This document shows, piece by piece, positions 24,401 through 38,200 of a stretch of 64,000 nt of DNA. This DNA comes from Caecitellus pseudoparvulus (Eukaryota > Protista > Bigyra: Bicosoecida). The DNA lies in NCBI GenBank assembly GCA_965644315.1, contig CBFFRQ010000055.1, positions 237,650-301,649 of the forward strand. Direction: 5' to 3'. The stretch's first letter is position 1. Every line of letters starts with the position of its first letter. The position numbers and the translations under genes are program-made. The notes under the pieces are model-generated. The model was not told where the DNA came from and made no database searches. It saw only the letters and a list, made by a program, of their open reading frames with translations.

Positions 24401-26760
24401 AAGCCACTGCGCCTTGTCTCCAGCGCAGCGATCACCCCAGCATAGGCCAGCTGGGTGAGAACCGCCAGCGGCTCCAGCCTGCCCGGCTCCAGGCGGCTGT
24501 TTGTTTTGATGCACCGCACAAAGGAAGCAGAAGTACGCTCTAAGTCGTGCACAAGAGTGGACAGAGCCGTCTTGAAGCGGCTTGCCAGAGTGGACCGCCG
24601 TGACGCGGTCTGACTGCCCGTATTCACAGGGCTGGCCTGCGCAGAGCTTGAACCTGCCGCTTCCGAGGAGTATTCGCTGCCGTCGTCTGCACTGGGGTTC
24701 TGAGCTGTCGCACTTCCCGAGGACAGCAACTCTGCAATGAATGGCTTGGAACTGGTACAGACACACTCCGTGAGGGTGGAGTGAATGGCATCTCGGTTCT
24801 TCTCCACAAATTCTTGACAGGAGTAGATGATCGGGCCAGCGAAGTGCTCAATGACAAACTCCTGAGCAGAGCGGCGGAACTTTGTGGAAGGTCCAGCACT
24901 GCTGTAGTTCGGTGACTTGCTCAAGCCTTTGTGCATCTTTGCCACCAACTGCATGTCGGAGCCCCGAGCCCCTAGCATGCACTCCTCGTTCATCAGCGCC
25001 AGAAGCCCCCCACGCCCCTCAAGCAGCTCCATACAAGCAGTGTTGTCTGGGAGCAGAAAGTCCTCAAATGGAATGCCCTCAGCTTGATACTCCGCCTGCT
25101 CCCGAACGAAGACAACAGAGTTGAACACTTGCTGCAGCTTCTCGTTCGTGTAGTTGATGAAGAGCTGCTCGAAGCCATTCTCTTGCATGTTCTCCAACCC
25201 AAAGACATCCAAGATGCCCACAGACGGTAGCTGCTGCAGCGGTATGAGCGACCCGGTGCCTCCTTTTGCCTGAACACGCCTCTGGCTCGCGAGGGAGGCG
25301 TTCACACTCGCAACGATGCTGTCGAAAGTGGAGGAGTACAGGGCTTTGGCCATTGCGTCCCTGGCAGCTGCAGCCTCAGATGGCCTGTTAGTCGTCGTGA
25401 TGAGCCGCTGAGCTGTCCTGAGGTGCCGAGTGGTTAAGGCTTGTTCTAGAGCACTGACTTCTAGCCCTAGCATGGCGGCAGCTGTTGACAAGGCGGCTGG
25501 GTCCTTGACCCTGCTCCCCTCGGATCCTCCTCGCTCATCAAACTTCTCAAACTCGACATTGCCCAGGTGAAGAATCGCCGCAATCACTTCCAGAATAGGC
25601 TGCTGTTGAGCCTTTGCCACGCCCAGGCCTTCGAGAGCGGCCAGAGTCTCCCTCATGTCGCTCTCGTCGTCGATGCCCTCCACGTGGAAGCAAGCAGCTC
25701 TGCTGCAGTACCGAAAGTCGGTGCCGGGTAGCAGGTGCAACCGGGCCAGGTCCTCTTGGCTGAGCCCCCTGAGAAGCTGGTAGAAAATGTGAAAGTTCCT
25801 CTCCGTTGCTGGCTGCCGAACGGCCCGCGACTTCTCGAGCAGGTAGCTGGTGATGCTGGCGCATGCGATGACCCACCCTTGCCCGTGCTCCTTGAAGAAC
25901 ACCTTGATCAGCTTGCCGAATCGACTGCTGTTGTGGTTTCGCTGCGTCTTTGCGTTCCCAAAGGCCTCCAAGACGGGGTTGGTCTCCATGACGCGCTCGG
26001 ACATGCTACCGGCCTCTGCGGATGCCACACGTGACAGGTACGACAACATAAGTTTCGTCGTCTCCGTCTTGCCTGCGCCTGACTCGCCACAAATGACGAT
26101 GGACGCATTCTGGCGTGCATGCTCTTGGGTTGCCGTGCGCATGGCTGCTTCGGCAACAGCGAAACAGTGGGGTGGAACACACTCCGAGCCCAGCTGCGCA
26201 GCCTGTCGATACTGTTGGCAGCGGGCATCGTCATACAGTTGAGGGATGGGCTTGAAAGGGTTCAATGCTATCAAGATTGGGCCCGTGCAAGTGTATATGT
26301 CATCTCTAGCGAATCTCGTGGAGACGTTGTGAAGGATTGCCGCCCTGCGGCCGAGGACAATGTGGGCTCTCGTGGCTCACCGCTCGGCTGCAACCTGGCG
26401 CAAGCACGTACTCATGCAAATGGAGCATATTGTCCATGTCATCTAAGCCTGGGTGACCAGCCGCGCTCGTCTCAACATCGCGCGGAAGCAGGGCTGCAAA
26501 CTTCGGAGACGTCTTGCACGTGCGCTTCTTCGTTGCCCTTGCACTTGAAGAAGAACTCGGCTTCACCGTGACGATACCCCTGCCCTCGACATCAACGCGT
26601 ACAGACTCAGCTTTCACGCTGTCCACCACACCCGCAGCATACCCCTGTGGTGTGGAGTCGGCTTCAGCGCGGTGGCGTGGTGGATCTTGACTTCTGCAGC
26701 GCAACACCTCACGTCAGACTGCAGCACCCAGACCGCGTCACCTTCTGAGATAGCGTCCAT
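18460..26760 (-). CDS. Unconventional myosin: motor domain, IQ motif(s) and very long helical/coiled-coil tail
   Basis: GESGAGKT, LEAFGNAKT, NSSRFGK, YLLEKSR, ERNFHIFYQ, FINYTNEKLQ, HFAG, FVRCIK, GRTRVFLK, IQAQAKR. 5' exons (GLDDMDNMLHLHE|AAILHN) lie between 26274 and 26760. Confidence 0.95.
21708..21736. repeat. Hexamer microsatellite (GTCAGA)n encoding DSDSDSD in the myosin tail
   Basis: gtcaga repeated about 4.5 times. Confidence 0.85.
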
Positions 26761-27027
26761 GAAAGATGCAATAGGGGAATGCTCCGGGCTCGATTGGCGT
26801 GTCGCTCCTGTGCCTGGCACGTGCAGGCTCGGAGCTCGCGCCGCCATTGCCTCGCGCGGAATTTGATGACTCCACAGCAACGCTGAACCTGCAGCAAAGA
26901 CAAGAGAGCCTGACGGCACGGCGGGCAGGGCACGTGCGTGGAGAATCGAGAAACGAAAGTCACCAAATCGCCCGGCATAGTGATGGATTTTGTTCCCAAC
27001 TGAGCATCACACAGGCAATCGAGCAAG

Positions 27028-29104
27028 TCAGCTCAAAGTGGTGACACCCGTCGACACGGCTCCTGACACGGTAAACGTGCCAGGAGCGGAGGCGACAATG
27101 ACTGCTTCTTCCGTGGGGGCAATGTCAAAGCCGCGGATCTTCAGAGACTCTGGTGCGGTGCTGTCTTCTTCCAGTGGCTGCAGCTCGTGGCCTGCGTTCG
27201 CCACCACTGCATCCTTCACGCACACGACGGCTCCTGGCACGGCCCGGATGGTCAAGCTGCCGTTCAACTTCAAGCTCTGAATCGAAATGTCAGGTCCATC
27301 CAGCACGAGGGTGGAACCAGGCGCAACTTCAATCGCAGGCCCTCCACTCAGTCGTTGCAAGGCACCCTGCCACGTGCTCATGAAGGAAGGGTACAGCACA
27401 ATGTGGGGGGGGTGTGGCAGCGTCAGCCCAGTGACTTCGAGTGTCCCGCTGTCAGGAACAGCACAGCCAGCAGCCTGCATGATGCGCTGCCCCAGGCTGT
27501 AGTACGTCATCTCGCCTTCGGAGGCACAGCGCATGGGAACGCCTTTTCCTGCAATCTTCTGCGCATCTGCCGTCGCGTTCTTGACGGGACAAAAAGTCCA
27601 CTCAGCAAAGGTGGTGAAGCCCACCTTTGCGGTGGGCTCCAGGAGCTTAGGGTAGTCCTGCATCATGCACTCAAGCCGGGTGGGCTTCTTGAACTTGGTC
27701 TTTTCAGCGTCAGCATACTTGGGGTTCACAAACTCGGGCATGGCGCCGCCAGTCGCCTTGAGGACCGCCGCATACTCGGAGATGGACAACACCAACTGGT
27801 TGATGTTGCCTGGGAAGGGCGAGAAGCCGCTCGCGTCGTTAGCATCCCCCTCTGCGTGGCCGCTGGCCAGCAGGAGCGGCTCCAGCTGGTTGTACTCGAC
27901 GTTGCAGGTGATTGCTGAGCCATCACTCCGCACGAGGCGTGCAATGGCCCCCATTGCGTCCTTGGCCTTGCGAGGCACCGTCACGGAGTTCACCTGGAAG
28001 CCTCGGTTGGCGGACACGCCAATGGTGGCCAGGGTCACGAGGAAGGCCAGTGCGTTGGTGTCTTGGAAGAAGACGACGTACCGACGGCCCTCCTCCGCCC
28101 ACTTCTGGGCCAGGCCGGTGCTGTGCAGGAGGGAGTGCACGTCGCCATGGCCGTGGGGCTTTGTCTGCATGCTGAAGCCGTCCTCTCCCAAGGCGATCCG
28201 GGCGGCGTTGTCCATGAGAGAAGGCACCTTCTCCTGCTTCATCAGCACCACTTGGCCTGGTGCAAAGCCGAAGTTGTCATTGGCGGCCAGCAGAGCCTCT
28301 GTACGGGCGTGAGTGTCGTCACTGGTCATGATGGCGAGGGGGATGGCCTTCGGCTCACCGCCCGCCAAAGCGTTGGAGGCAGCTTGCAGCCCAAGGATGT
28401 GCTGGGCGTACACTTCCAGGTACGTGCGCTTGGTCGTCACTTCAACGGGCAGGGAGACTTTGATGCCAGAGTACCCGAGGCGCTCCCCCAGCCCGCCAGC
28501 CACCAAGCAAAAAGCGCAATCTGCAGTGGGGAAGCAGCAATGCATCAGCACGACGCAGCACAGCGGCTTCGCTCAGCTGCACGCACCTCGAACAAGCTTC
28601 AGTCCCTCTTCTTCGAAAGTGATGAACTCAGGAGAGCCTACATCCAGCGTCTCTCCAGCGGGTACCTGCACGAAGCAAGAGCATCAGTGACGCCTTGCTT
28701 GCGGAAATAGGCCGGCCAAGCTCGCACCTCTGGCGTGAAGCCTTCAAAGGGATTGGCACCCTCCTTGGATGCAGCCAGTAGCGCCTTGGCATTGGAGACG
28801 TATGCTGCTACGCCGCCTGGGTAGGATTTCTGCAGCATTTTCACCTGGAGGCAGGAGGCGCGGAAGATGCCCGGCGTGTTGATGAAGGCATGCCAAGTGA
28901 TGCCGGCCTGCGCACCTGATCGAAGAAGGCGTGCTTCTTGTCTTCGTCTTGCCCCGGCTCCCAAGCAGCGAACAGGTGCTCCTGCCCACTTGCCATGAGA
29001 ATGCCCATGAGCTCCTTCTCCTCATCGCTCATCCAAGCCTCAGCGTCAACCACGCCAGGCACGCTGGCAAGGCTGGAGACTCCGCCGGTGCTCGTGGCTG
29101 CCAT
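27028..29104 (-). CDS. USP: UDP-sugar pyrophosphorylase
   Basis: [63 protein letters not shown]. Three 5' introns. Confidence 0.95.
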
Positions 29105-29277
29105 GCTGCGACGCCCAGTGCTGAACTGCGGGGCCCGAGGAAGCACAGGCGCAGGTGAGGACCGAAGAGTGAAGAACAGGGGCACAAGGAGTGCAGCACA
29201 AGTCATGGAAGTAAATTGTGCGCTGTCGTCTTTCGTGCGCTGGTGCTCCTCTGACCCTCGAAGAGGCAAAACCAGCG

Positions 29278-31881
29278 TCATGCCGACGCCACTGGACTCC
29301 ACCGCTGCAGCAAGGAGGAAAGCGAGAACTCCTTCCTCGAGCCCACTCCTTGAGCAGGCTCCTGCCTCTTGATTTCGACCTGCCAGTGATGCTGCTCAGC
29401 CCACACGAGGGATGCAAACTCCCCACGCACAGACTGTGCCTGGAGCTGCACGGGCTGCCCGAGCAGAGCAGCCAGCACTGCTGGGGGTGTGCTGCGCCCA
29501 GTTTGTCCCCGTAAACGCCTTGTCCACTCCCGCGCCGGTGTCTGGGAGGCAGTGATGCTGTCCAGGGCGAGGTCTGGCCGGGCCACCGCCCCCGCCTGGC
29601 CCAAGGCACGCAGCACCACACTTGCAACAGAGACAGCTTCGCTGTGCCGGTTCTGGCGCCGACCGCAAGCTCCCAAAAGTAGAGCTCCAATCGTAAGGTG
29701 CCCAGGAGCGATGCCCCTTGCAACTGCGTCGGCCAGGCTTGCCAGGGCGCTGGGCGAGTCTGCACACCGAACAAAGGCCGTCGCCAAGTGGGAATAGAGG
29801 CGATCAGACAAAACAACACCCAGCTTACTCGCGAGCTGCCCTGTCGGTGGTTGGGGCACCAGCAAGCGTGGCAAGTCGCCGGGGCTGGTGTACGGCGCCC
29901 CCTGAACTGGCGGCTCCTCCATGAACAGCGCTGAAGGTCCAGCAGGGCTGCCAGCAAAGAGCAAGTGAAACTGCCTTGCAGCCTCAGCATCCCTGACCCC
30001 CCCTGCAGCGTGCATGAAGACTTCGTACATGTGATTGTCAACCCTACCGCCATCTCCTGTGAACGTGTCTATCAGCTGCAGCGCCGCAGCGCTGTGGCCA
30101 GCTCGAACAGCGGCTTTTGCAGCCACAGTCACGGCGGCAGGGTCCAGGGACACACCAGCCTTGCGCATGGTAGCGAGCGTGTTGTACACCATGCTGATGT
30201 CGCCAGCTTTCGCATGCACCTGTAGCAGCACCGTGTACGCGTGTGCATCCAGCTCCAGCCCAGAGTCGTGGGCAGCTTGGAGCGTTGACACGGCAGCATC
30301 AGGAGAGCCTTGCGCAGAGTGAGCAGCGGCTAGCGTTGTGTGCAGCATCATGGTATCAGAGGGGCTCATGCACCGCTGCTTGAGGGTCTCCAGCAGCCGA
30401 GCGCTGCGGGGTGGGGAGGTAGAGCCACTGCTGCCGGAGGCCTGCCCAGCTAAACGAAGCACTTGGCCATACACGGCTGCAGACATGCGAATGCCCTGCT
30501 GGCGAACTGTCCTCAGGATGTCTCGCGCAAAAGGCACGTCGCCAAACTTCACCGCAGCCCGCATGGCCGTCTCATACCCTGATGGGTGCATGGCCGTGCG
30601 GATGAAGCTGCCTCCCTCGGCAGCTTCCGCCCACCCCCCCCAGTCATGCGGCACGCGCCCAGCCAGGGCTGCTGTCTCAGGGGCGGCGGTGTGCTCCCTG
30701 TCTAATGAGTGGGCCTGTGCTGCAGCCCTGGTCGCTACGGCGTACACCTCCTTCGCCGCAGGCAAGTCATGCAGCGTCACGCAAGCTGACAGTGCTGCCA
30801 GAGTGCTGACCTGGCTCAGCCGGCGAAAATCAGTGTGCCCATCTTCCGGGCCAGCTGCAGCACGTACTTCCCATAGCCATGCCTGGAGGGCGAGTGGGGC
30901 TGTAACGGCATCCGAAGAAGCAGCTCGCAGGCAGCCATCCAACGGCAGCGCACCAACCAGCGGTGCAGCAGAGCCCCCCACTGCTGCAGCAACACGCAAA
31001 ACAGCCCCTACTACAGTGCCATGTCCACTCAGTGGACCTGGACTTGCAGGCACACCTGCATAGATCAGGTTTGTGGCAGCCTGATGCACGGAGGGGAGGC
31101 CAAGGTTGGACAGCAACTCAGGCGGCGGCAGTTGTGGCAACTGGCCCACCTCCGCGGACTGGGCAGTGCTCAACGGGTGCAAGAGTCTCTCAAAAGTCGA
31201 GGACATCGCTGGCGCTCGCCAGAAGGGCGGCGCGAGCTGCCCGTCAGCGTCGCACTGCGGCTGCAGAGAGCAAGGCATGCCCAGCGACAAGAGGTCTGCC
31301 TCAACGCGTACTTGCGGGACGAGTGGGGACCCAGCGCACACTGGCTGGCGCGTACCCTGCATCAACCACTGCTGAGCGCCAGAAATCACCGCCGCGGCTG
31401 CCAATCGCTTGCTGAGAGCACAGGGATCTCCCGAGGCAGCAGCGTGTGAGGCAGCAATCCGGACCGCCAGTTCCAGGCTGCCGGCACTTGCTGCTGCTTG
31501 CAGCAGCAGTGCAGCTGCCCCCGGACCAGACAGTCGCCCCTCAGCTGTCTCTGGCGGTGGGCATGTGCAACCAGTGCGGCAGCAGTCTGTCGTGCGCGTG
31601 ATCACACGCAGGGCAGGCTGCTCTGCAGCCCAGGCTACCGCATCCTGGAAAGCCAGGTATGTCTTCGTAGCCTGGATGGAGCACGAAGAGGAGGATGAAC
31701 GGACGGGTACAGGTGTGAACCTACACAGTTCGCTCAATCTTCGCCGAAACGACCATGCTGCCTGAGCTTGCATCGAAATAGAGTGCCGCGAAGTCTCGAG
31801 GTGGTGGATCAATTTCCGCTTCCAACCCCGCACACTAAACCAGCGCCGCGCAGCCCATGTGTCCAAACCAGGCGCACGCAT
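29278..31881 (-). CDS. Pentatricopeptide repeat (PPR) protein, probably organelle-targeted
   Basis: Tandem about 35-aa repeats (YETAMRAAVKFGD..GIRMSAAVY; LDAHAYTVLLQVHAKAGD..MRKAGVSLD; VDNHMYEVFMHAAG; LYSHLATAFVRCAD). Arg-rich N-terminus. Confidence 0.85.
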   Translation of the reverse strand: MRAPGLDTWAARRWFSVRGWKRKLIHHLETSRHSISMQAQAAWSFRRRLSELCRFTPVPVRSSSSSCSIQATKTYLAFQDAVAWAAEQPALRVITRTTDCCRTGCTCPPPETAEGRLSGPGAAALLLQAAASAGSLELAVRIAASHAAASGDPCALSKRLAAAAVISGAQQWLMQGTRQPVCAGSPLVPQVRVEADLLSLGMPCSLQPQCDADGQLAPPFWRAPAMSSTFERLLHPLSTAQSAEVGQLPQLPPPELLSNLGLPSVHQAATNLIYAGVPASPGPLSGHGTVVGAVLRVAAAVGGSAAPLVGALPLDGCLRAASSDAVTAPLALQAWLWEVRAAAGPEDGHTDFRRLSQVSTLAALSACVTLHDLPAAKEVYAVATRAAAQAHSLDREHTAAPETAALAGRVPHDWGGWAEAAEGGSFIRTAMHPSGYETAMRAAVKFGDVPFARDILRTVRQQGIRMSAAVYGQVLRLAGQASGSSGSTSPPRSARLLETLKQRCMSPSDTMMLHTTLAAAHSAQGSPDAAVSTLQAAHDSGLELDAHAYTVLLQVHAKAGDISMVYNTLATMRKAGVSLDPAAVTVAAKAAVRAGHSAAALQLIDTFTGDGGRVDNHMYEVFMHAAGGVRDAEAARQFHLLFAGSPAGPSALFMEEPPVQGAPYTSPGDLPRLLVPQPPTGQLASKLGVVLSDRLYSHLATAFVRCADSPSALASLADAVARGIAPGHLTIGALLLGACGRRQNRHSEAVSVASVVLRALGQAGAVARPDLALDSITASQTPAREWTRRLRGQTGRSTPPAVLAALLGQPVQLQAQSVRGEFASLVWAEQHHWQVEIKRQEPAQGVGSRKEFSLSSLLQRWSPVASA

Positions 31882-32209
31882 CAAGGTAAACTGTGTGTGC
31901 AAAGAAAATTCGGGTTTCGTTTGTGTTTTTGCAGCGAAATACTCGTGTGCTGACTAACTGTGGCAGAATAAGAGGGAGCAGTAGGTGAGGTTACCTTGTT
32001 GTGGCGGAGCACTGCTGTTTGTGTCCTGCCCCCGGGGCATCTCTCAACTGTCTCACCAGCGCATTACGTAGAGGCCACTCGACTGTTGAATGCATTCAGG
32101 CAAGCAGCGAAACAGATATTAAGCAAAGAGAAAGGTTGGATAGCGCAACACACGCGCAGCGGATACAAGGCGGGCGAATCTAGACCTGCAAGGCATCCAT
32201 AGGTCGCGC

Positions 32210-35200
32210 TCATGCCGGCGGAACCCCAGTGCCGGCTCCTTGGGAGGTGCCACTGGATGTGGAGAGTGCCCTTGTAGCTGCTTGGGTGAACTCCTGCCTC
32301 TTGCGGCGAATGCCGCCCTTCATCTTGACAGGCTTCGCCATGGACACGAGCCTGCGCTTCGCCGACGCATCCCGAGTCTCACCCAGCAAGTGAGTGACGG
32401 CTGCTTCAGCAATCTCCTTGTACTGTGCTACGTTCGGGTGCCCCGGGTTCTGGAGTTGAGCAATGAGCAGGTCCTTGTCCTCCACCATTTGAGCCGCGAA
32501 GACACTCGCAGCGCCCTTCCCCTGTGTCATAGGGTTAACCTGCAGGCCCAGGGTCTTTGTTGAGGTCTGGGCAATGGAGAAGCGGCTTGCTGCGCGTTGT
32601 GCAGCCCGTCGGCACCTTCTGCAGAGCACGGCTTTGGCGATGCGGTTTGCCAGCCTAGGTGACACGACCCCCAGGATGTCCATGAACAACATGAAGCATG
32701 CGAGAAGCACGGAGGCGCCAAGGATGAACATGGTAGTGAAGCCGAGCGTGTTGTACTCTGCCATGTAGTAGGAAACAAGTTCTTCGGAGAAGCGGCTGGA
32801 GAGGAACATCATGCCCATGAGGTTGACGAGGATGGCACAGCCCAGCAGTGTCGTCTCGATGAAGTTTAGGTCCATGAGGACGGCATACTCTTCGCACAGC
32901 TCCTCGCTTGACGCACCGCCCCCGAGCAGGGCCTTGGACTTGTTGGCAGTCTTGCGCTTGATCACTTGTGCGTGAGCAAAGCTCATAGCTTGGCCCGCTT
33001 TCTGCCCGTTCGACGAGGACGAAGCAGTCTTCATCGCAGCGCTCAAGGCTGCATCCAGGCGCATGGCCATGGGTGACTTCATGCGCAGAGCGGTTCGGAA
33101 GTCGCTGCGAACTTGCATGAACTGCCCGCGGCCCATGTACGGTGTGAACCTGCTCTGCAGCACGAAGGCACCGAAGAGCACGAGGAGGCACACTGCCATC
33201 ATGAACGAAGGCGTCGTTCGGAACATCAAGGCGGCAATAGCGATGGAGAACTTCCGAATGAGGATCATGATGATCCAAAAGTGTGCCACAGTGGGGTTGA
33301 ACAGCCAGTACAGTCGGGAGAACTGGGAGCTGAACTGCACGACCTTGTCATTCAAGCGCTGCGGCTTGATCCCCATGGCCTTGGCAAGTTGGTCGACGCG
33401 AATGAGGTCGCGGTTTCGCATGAGGAGGGTGGCGACGGCAGCAGGGAACATGACCACGTACAGACCGATTGCAGCAGCGGCCACTGGAACCATGGTCATG
33501 TGCTCCCCACCTGCGGCCCAGCAGACAATGTCGGTCATCCCTGACATGTACGTCTTACCGTCAGGCGGCACAGTCGGCGCGCAGTTGAAGACGTCCAGGG
33601 CCTGCCGTGCAACGAGCAAGTACATGAAGTACAGCATGGTGATGAAGGGGTTGATACACTGCCTGAGGCTTGCCTCGCAAACTGTGCGACCACACTTGCG
33701 TTGGCTGAGGCTGACGACGACTGAGTTCAGCAGACCGCCAGCAAAGATCAGCACAGCAGCAACAAGGGGCAGGGCCAGCGTGAAGTTCAGCTTCATGCCG
33801 ACTGTGACGTCTGGCACGGCGCACTCTGGCGCGGTAATCTCGATGTTCAGTGAGAAGGCAGACAGGGCATTGAAGATGGCAACGACTGCTGGAGGCCACG
33901 TCACGCGTGTGCGGCCAAACATGGCCACAACCTGGAAGTAGTCCACGACGACCGTGAACACGCCAAGACGGACTTTTTTGCGGTTCAAATAGTATCCCAT
34001 AACACCCACCAGCAGCGCAGCGACGCAGAGCCCGACAATCAGCAACCATTGCTGGTCAGGACATTTCTGGCACTGGCCACCAATCCTGTAGTACTCGCCG
34101 GCAAGGCATTGGGAGCAGCGGATGCCTTCGTAGCCTATCGCGCACTCGTTGTTCCCCGTGCACGCCCACGATGGCTCGCACGGGGCAAAGTAAGCACATG
34201 TCGGCTTTTGGCGACGCTGGGCAGGGCAGTAGCTGCTGCTGTTGGCGACCTCCAGCTTGTAGAAGCCGTCAGCTGCATATATCAGGTCAGACACCGTTTC
34301 CCCGCCAGGGCACTCAGCGCCTTGTGGGCAGGGCAGGCACACCTCGCCCCACAGGCCGTATTCCCCAACTGCGCACTGTGCCACGACGCGCATCTCCCAG
34401 TCCTGAAGGGTCACAGGCAGGTTAGCCCCAGCCAAAATGGTGATGTTCTTAGGGCCTGCGACTTGCTCTTTGAAGGCGCAGCTGACAGCACCATCGTTCA
34501 GCCATTCCGAGCTGGTGCACGCCACCCCGCCCACAGAGATGTTTACAGCGCTCTTGACAAAGCCAAAGTTCTTACCATTGACGATGATTTCATCACCCCG
34601 TGCGTTGGGCTGATTTGGCATGATGCTGTCGACGACTGGCGCATCATACGACAAGGTCGCATTCTCATGCAGCGCCGAGGAGCGGTTGGCGACCCGGACT
34701 TGGACAGGCAGGTCCACGCCCATGCCCATGGGGGCCATGCACTGAATCCTGTCGTGCTGATGATGCTCTGGGGTTTGTGGGTCAACGGCGCATGGGAGGC
34801 CGTTCACCGTCACCTGCACCGCAGTTCCCCCTGCTGCATGCCCGAAGGAGCGACCCGAGATAACGATAGGGAAGTCACCCATCGTAGGGAAGCACTCCGC
34901 TGGCTGGAATCGAATGAATGACTGGTTGGCGCCGACGTCAAAGTACGCTGCATGCAGGGGGTTGATTGAGATGCGGCGAGGGCGAGGCTCGCACTCCCGT
35001 GGTCCGTACACAGCGTGGGCAACGGTTTCCACGTGCGGTGGCAGGTACACGACCCTGGACCCAAGCGTTGCGCCAGACTGCTGGCCGCCTACAATGGCCA
35101 CAACGTGCACGGGGTACCCGTTGCCCTCGGGTGCCTGCATCGTGAACGCTGTGTGGTTCCATGACACGACTGTGGCGGGGTCCACCGGGATAGTTGCTCC

Positions 35201-38200
35201 ATCCCGGCTTAAGACAAGGCTGCCTTGCGTGGCCCCGAAGTTGGACCCAGTCACCGTCATGAGCATTGGGCTGCCGTCTCGCTGGAGGCCACTGGTCGGG
35301 ACTCCAGCGGGACTGATTGTCGTGATTTGAGGTGGGCTGTACGCAAAGAAGTTGCTCTCTTCAGTGATGTGGTTGTCCACGCCGACAATCACGCTCCAAC
35401 CCGTGCCCACTCCCGCGGGGACAGTGCAAGCTATCGTCGTGGCAGAAAATGAGTCCACAACACACGGCATGCTAGTCCCGGCGCCGTTTCTGAGAATAAC
35501 GCGTGGTGTGAGGGACCGTGACACTTGGTAGTCAGCACCACAGGAGACTGCTGAATCACAGCCCAGGTTCTTTCCAGTCAAGACCAGGGACCCTCCCTGC
35601 GTTGGAAGTGAGGCGGGGACGATGCCTTGGACGATGGGAGCAGGGAAGGACACTCGCAGTGGCGTGTGGAAGTTGAACCAGGCGGCCCCCACGTCCAGCA
35701 TGATGGGCAAGGAGGAGTCAGCGATGAAGAGTTGCCATGCTGGCGTCTGTGATGCCTTTGTGGGGGAGCCGCCGCCAAGAACATCGCGCTCAGACGCTGG
35801 CGAGGAGAAGCAGGCAAGTGGGTCAAGCTGACCTGTCCCCATTCCTCCACTGAATACGACTTCTAGGTGCGTGTGGTTGCTGTTCGCGGCGTCGACGTGA
35901 GTGGCGTATGCTCGTGTGGCACTCAGCAGCCCGAGTGACACAACAGGGTCAGTTCCGAAGTTGTCCCCCTGCAGAATGAGCCGGCCGCCCTCTGCGGGCA
36001 GCTCGATGGCGGGCATGTCCGCCACTCTAGTATCCCCACAAGCCAGGCTGCTCACAACCCCACGTGATTGGAGGTCTGCAGGGTTCAGAGTCAGGTGTGT
36101 TGGTGCGCCCCCACCTGCAGGCCGCACTTCGACGGCGTGAATGGAGGGCTTCATGTAGTTGATGACTGTGCTGGGGTTGGTGTTGCTCACTTGCTCTCCC
36201 CGGCGCACGATGGGGATGTGCCCACGGCCCTGACCTGCAGGCACAACGCACGTGATTGAGTTGGGGGCTGCCTCCAGGATATCGCAGGCTCTGCCCGCGA
36301 TGGTGACGTTCACCACTTCACCCGACAGCGGCTCCGCGAGGTCCTCTCCCGTGATGGTGATGTTGGCTCCGCCCCGTGTGGGGTACTCGCCATCCTCACA
36401 GCCTGAGCATGTCATGGCTGCGATGACGGGGTTGGCCTGCTTGAAGAAAACAGTGCGGGTGTTCACGACAACTGTGTGCGTTCCATTGAACTGCTCAAAC
36501 TGCAGGTGTGCGAAGCCCTCGTTCACATTAGTTCTGCACTCGACAATGGCGTGCTTCTGGATCCAGGAAGTGGCTGTGCATGCATGCATGGTAGCAGGCG
36601 GCGGTGGCAACGGGGCCCCAGAGCACGACGCGAAGCTTCCACCCGATGGCTCGATCATGACCTTGAACGAGCTCAATGAAGTGCCTAGATTACTTCCAAA
36701 CAGTGTCAACCGGTTCACTCGGCCGCCCAGCCCTGCACAAACTTCCTGTTCATTCGCCAGGGAAATGGTCCCAAGCTCTGGTAGGGCGTACTGAAACGGC
36801 ATCGGCACTGAGAGAGAGGCAGAAGCGACGACTGAGGGGGAAAGCGACGCCAGTCCCCGGGATCCAAGCCCCACGTGAGCAACACCCAGACGAACAAATC
36901 GATCAGTTATGCCGTGTCCGGCCGGGAGGTGGAATTCGACGGAGTCCAGACCCGTTGCGTTGCTGGACACGGCGGGGCCAGAAGCAGCTGCAAAACCGCT
37001 GATGCCCGACGCATACTCGCCATCTGAAGAGAGATCTGGAACAGCAAGGAAGGAAGCAGCGTCGTGTGCTCCGAACACTTGCATGAAGATGGCAGAGTGC
37101 TTGTCCTCGACGGAAAGGTGCTGTCCCACGACACGAACGATGACGGCGTGTCCCGCAGGGCTGTAGCCAGAGGTTGGGCCAGACACCAGCGCTGCATCCT
37201 GGGCGTTGTTCCAAGAGGCGCCCCGGCCGATGGATGCCCCGGCAGTCCACGTCATGGACGAAATGGTCGGGCCTGCAAACTGCAATGGAGGCCCGCCTTC
37301 GTTTGTCTGGGATCCGACGGTGATGAACAACTTGTGGTCCCCCCCAACACTCGCAACAGTGATGCACGAGATGTGTGTATCGTTCAGCAATGTGCACTGG
37401 TCTGTCAGATCGTACTCCATGCCAGTTGCTGGGCCATGTGTCACACGCTCAAGGCTTGCCCCAGCCGCCTCAGAGCCAAAGTTCAGGCCAAGGATCAGGA
37501 AGTGCGCCCCCCCTGTCACAGGAAGGGGGGATGCTGGCTCAAAGCCAAGTACAGACGGCGGCGCGTAGTTCGTTGATGGTGCTCTGGACTCCTGTCCATC
37601 GATGAAGACTTTCCAGTTGTGCGACCTTCCGATGCCAGGTGCGGACCTGCACGTGATGCGGGTGTGGGACACACTCACGTGGCAATCCTCAGCAATGTAC
37701 TCTGTCCCGTTCAGTCCATATGTGACAACGTCAATGGCATTCCGACTGGCGCTCCCGAAGTTTGCGCCGGTGATGTTCACGACCTCGCCACCACGGGTGT
37801 CGGCCATGTCAGCGCCTGGTCCGTCGAAGGTTGTCACTGTTGGCCACTGGTAAGAGGTGCCGAAGGCAGCCAGATTCGACGTGCCCCCCTCTATCGTTGT
37901 TTCCCACGCATGGTCAGTCCCGGTGCCCGGGCCTGTCAAGCAAGCCATGGAAGTGTCACTGAGCACTGTGCAGTCCTCGGCGATGAAGGGCAAGGATGCA
38001 TCTGCTCCGTATCGAACTTGGATGCTGGCGGTGTTGGCCACTGCAGGGACTCCGAAGTGGCGCCCCAAGATAAGGACCCGCTCGCCACCGATGGTGCTGG
38101 CGCGCTTGCTTCCCGGACCCGAGATGGACAAAAGCTCTGGCTTCTCGTACGACAGGCCTGGACCTGAGGCACCAAACGTGGCTTGCTGTGCGCCGACATT

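Noticed and set aside
26860-26915. TGATGA..CTGA boxes upstream of the myosin gene
   Set aside because: Too short, with no terminal stem or recognisable rRNA guide.
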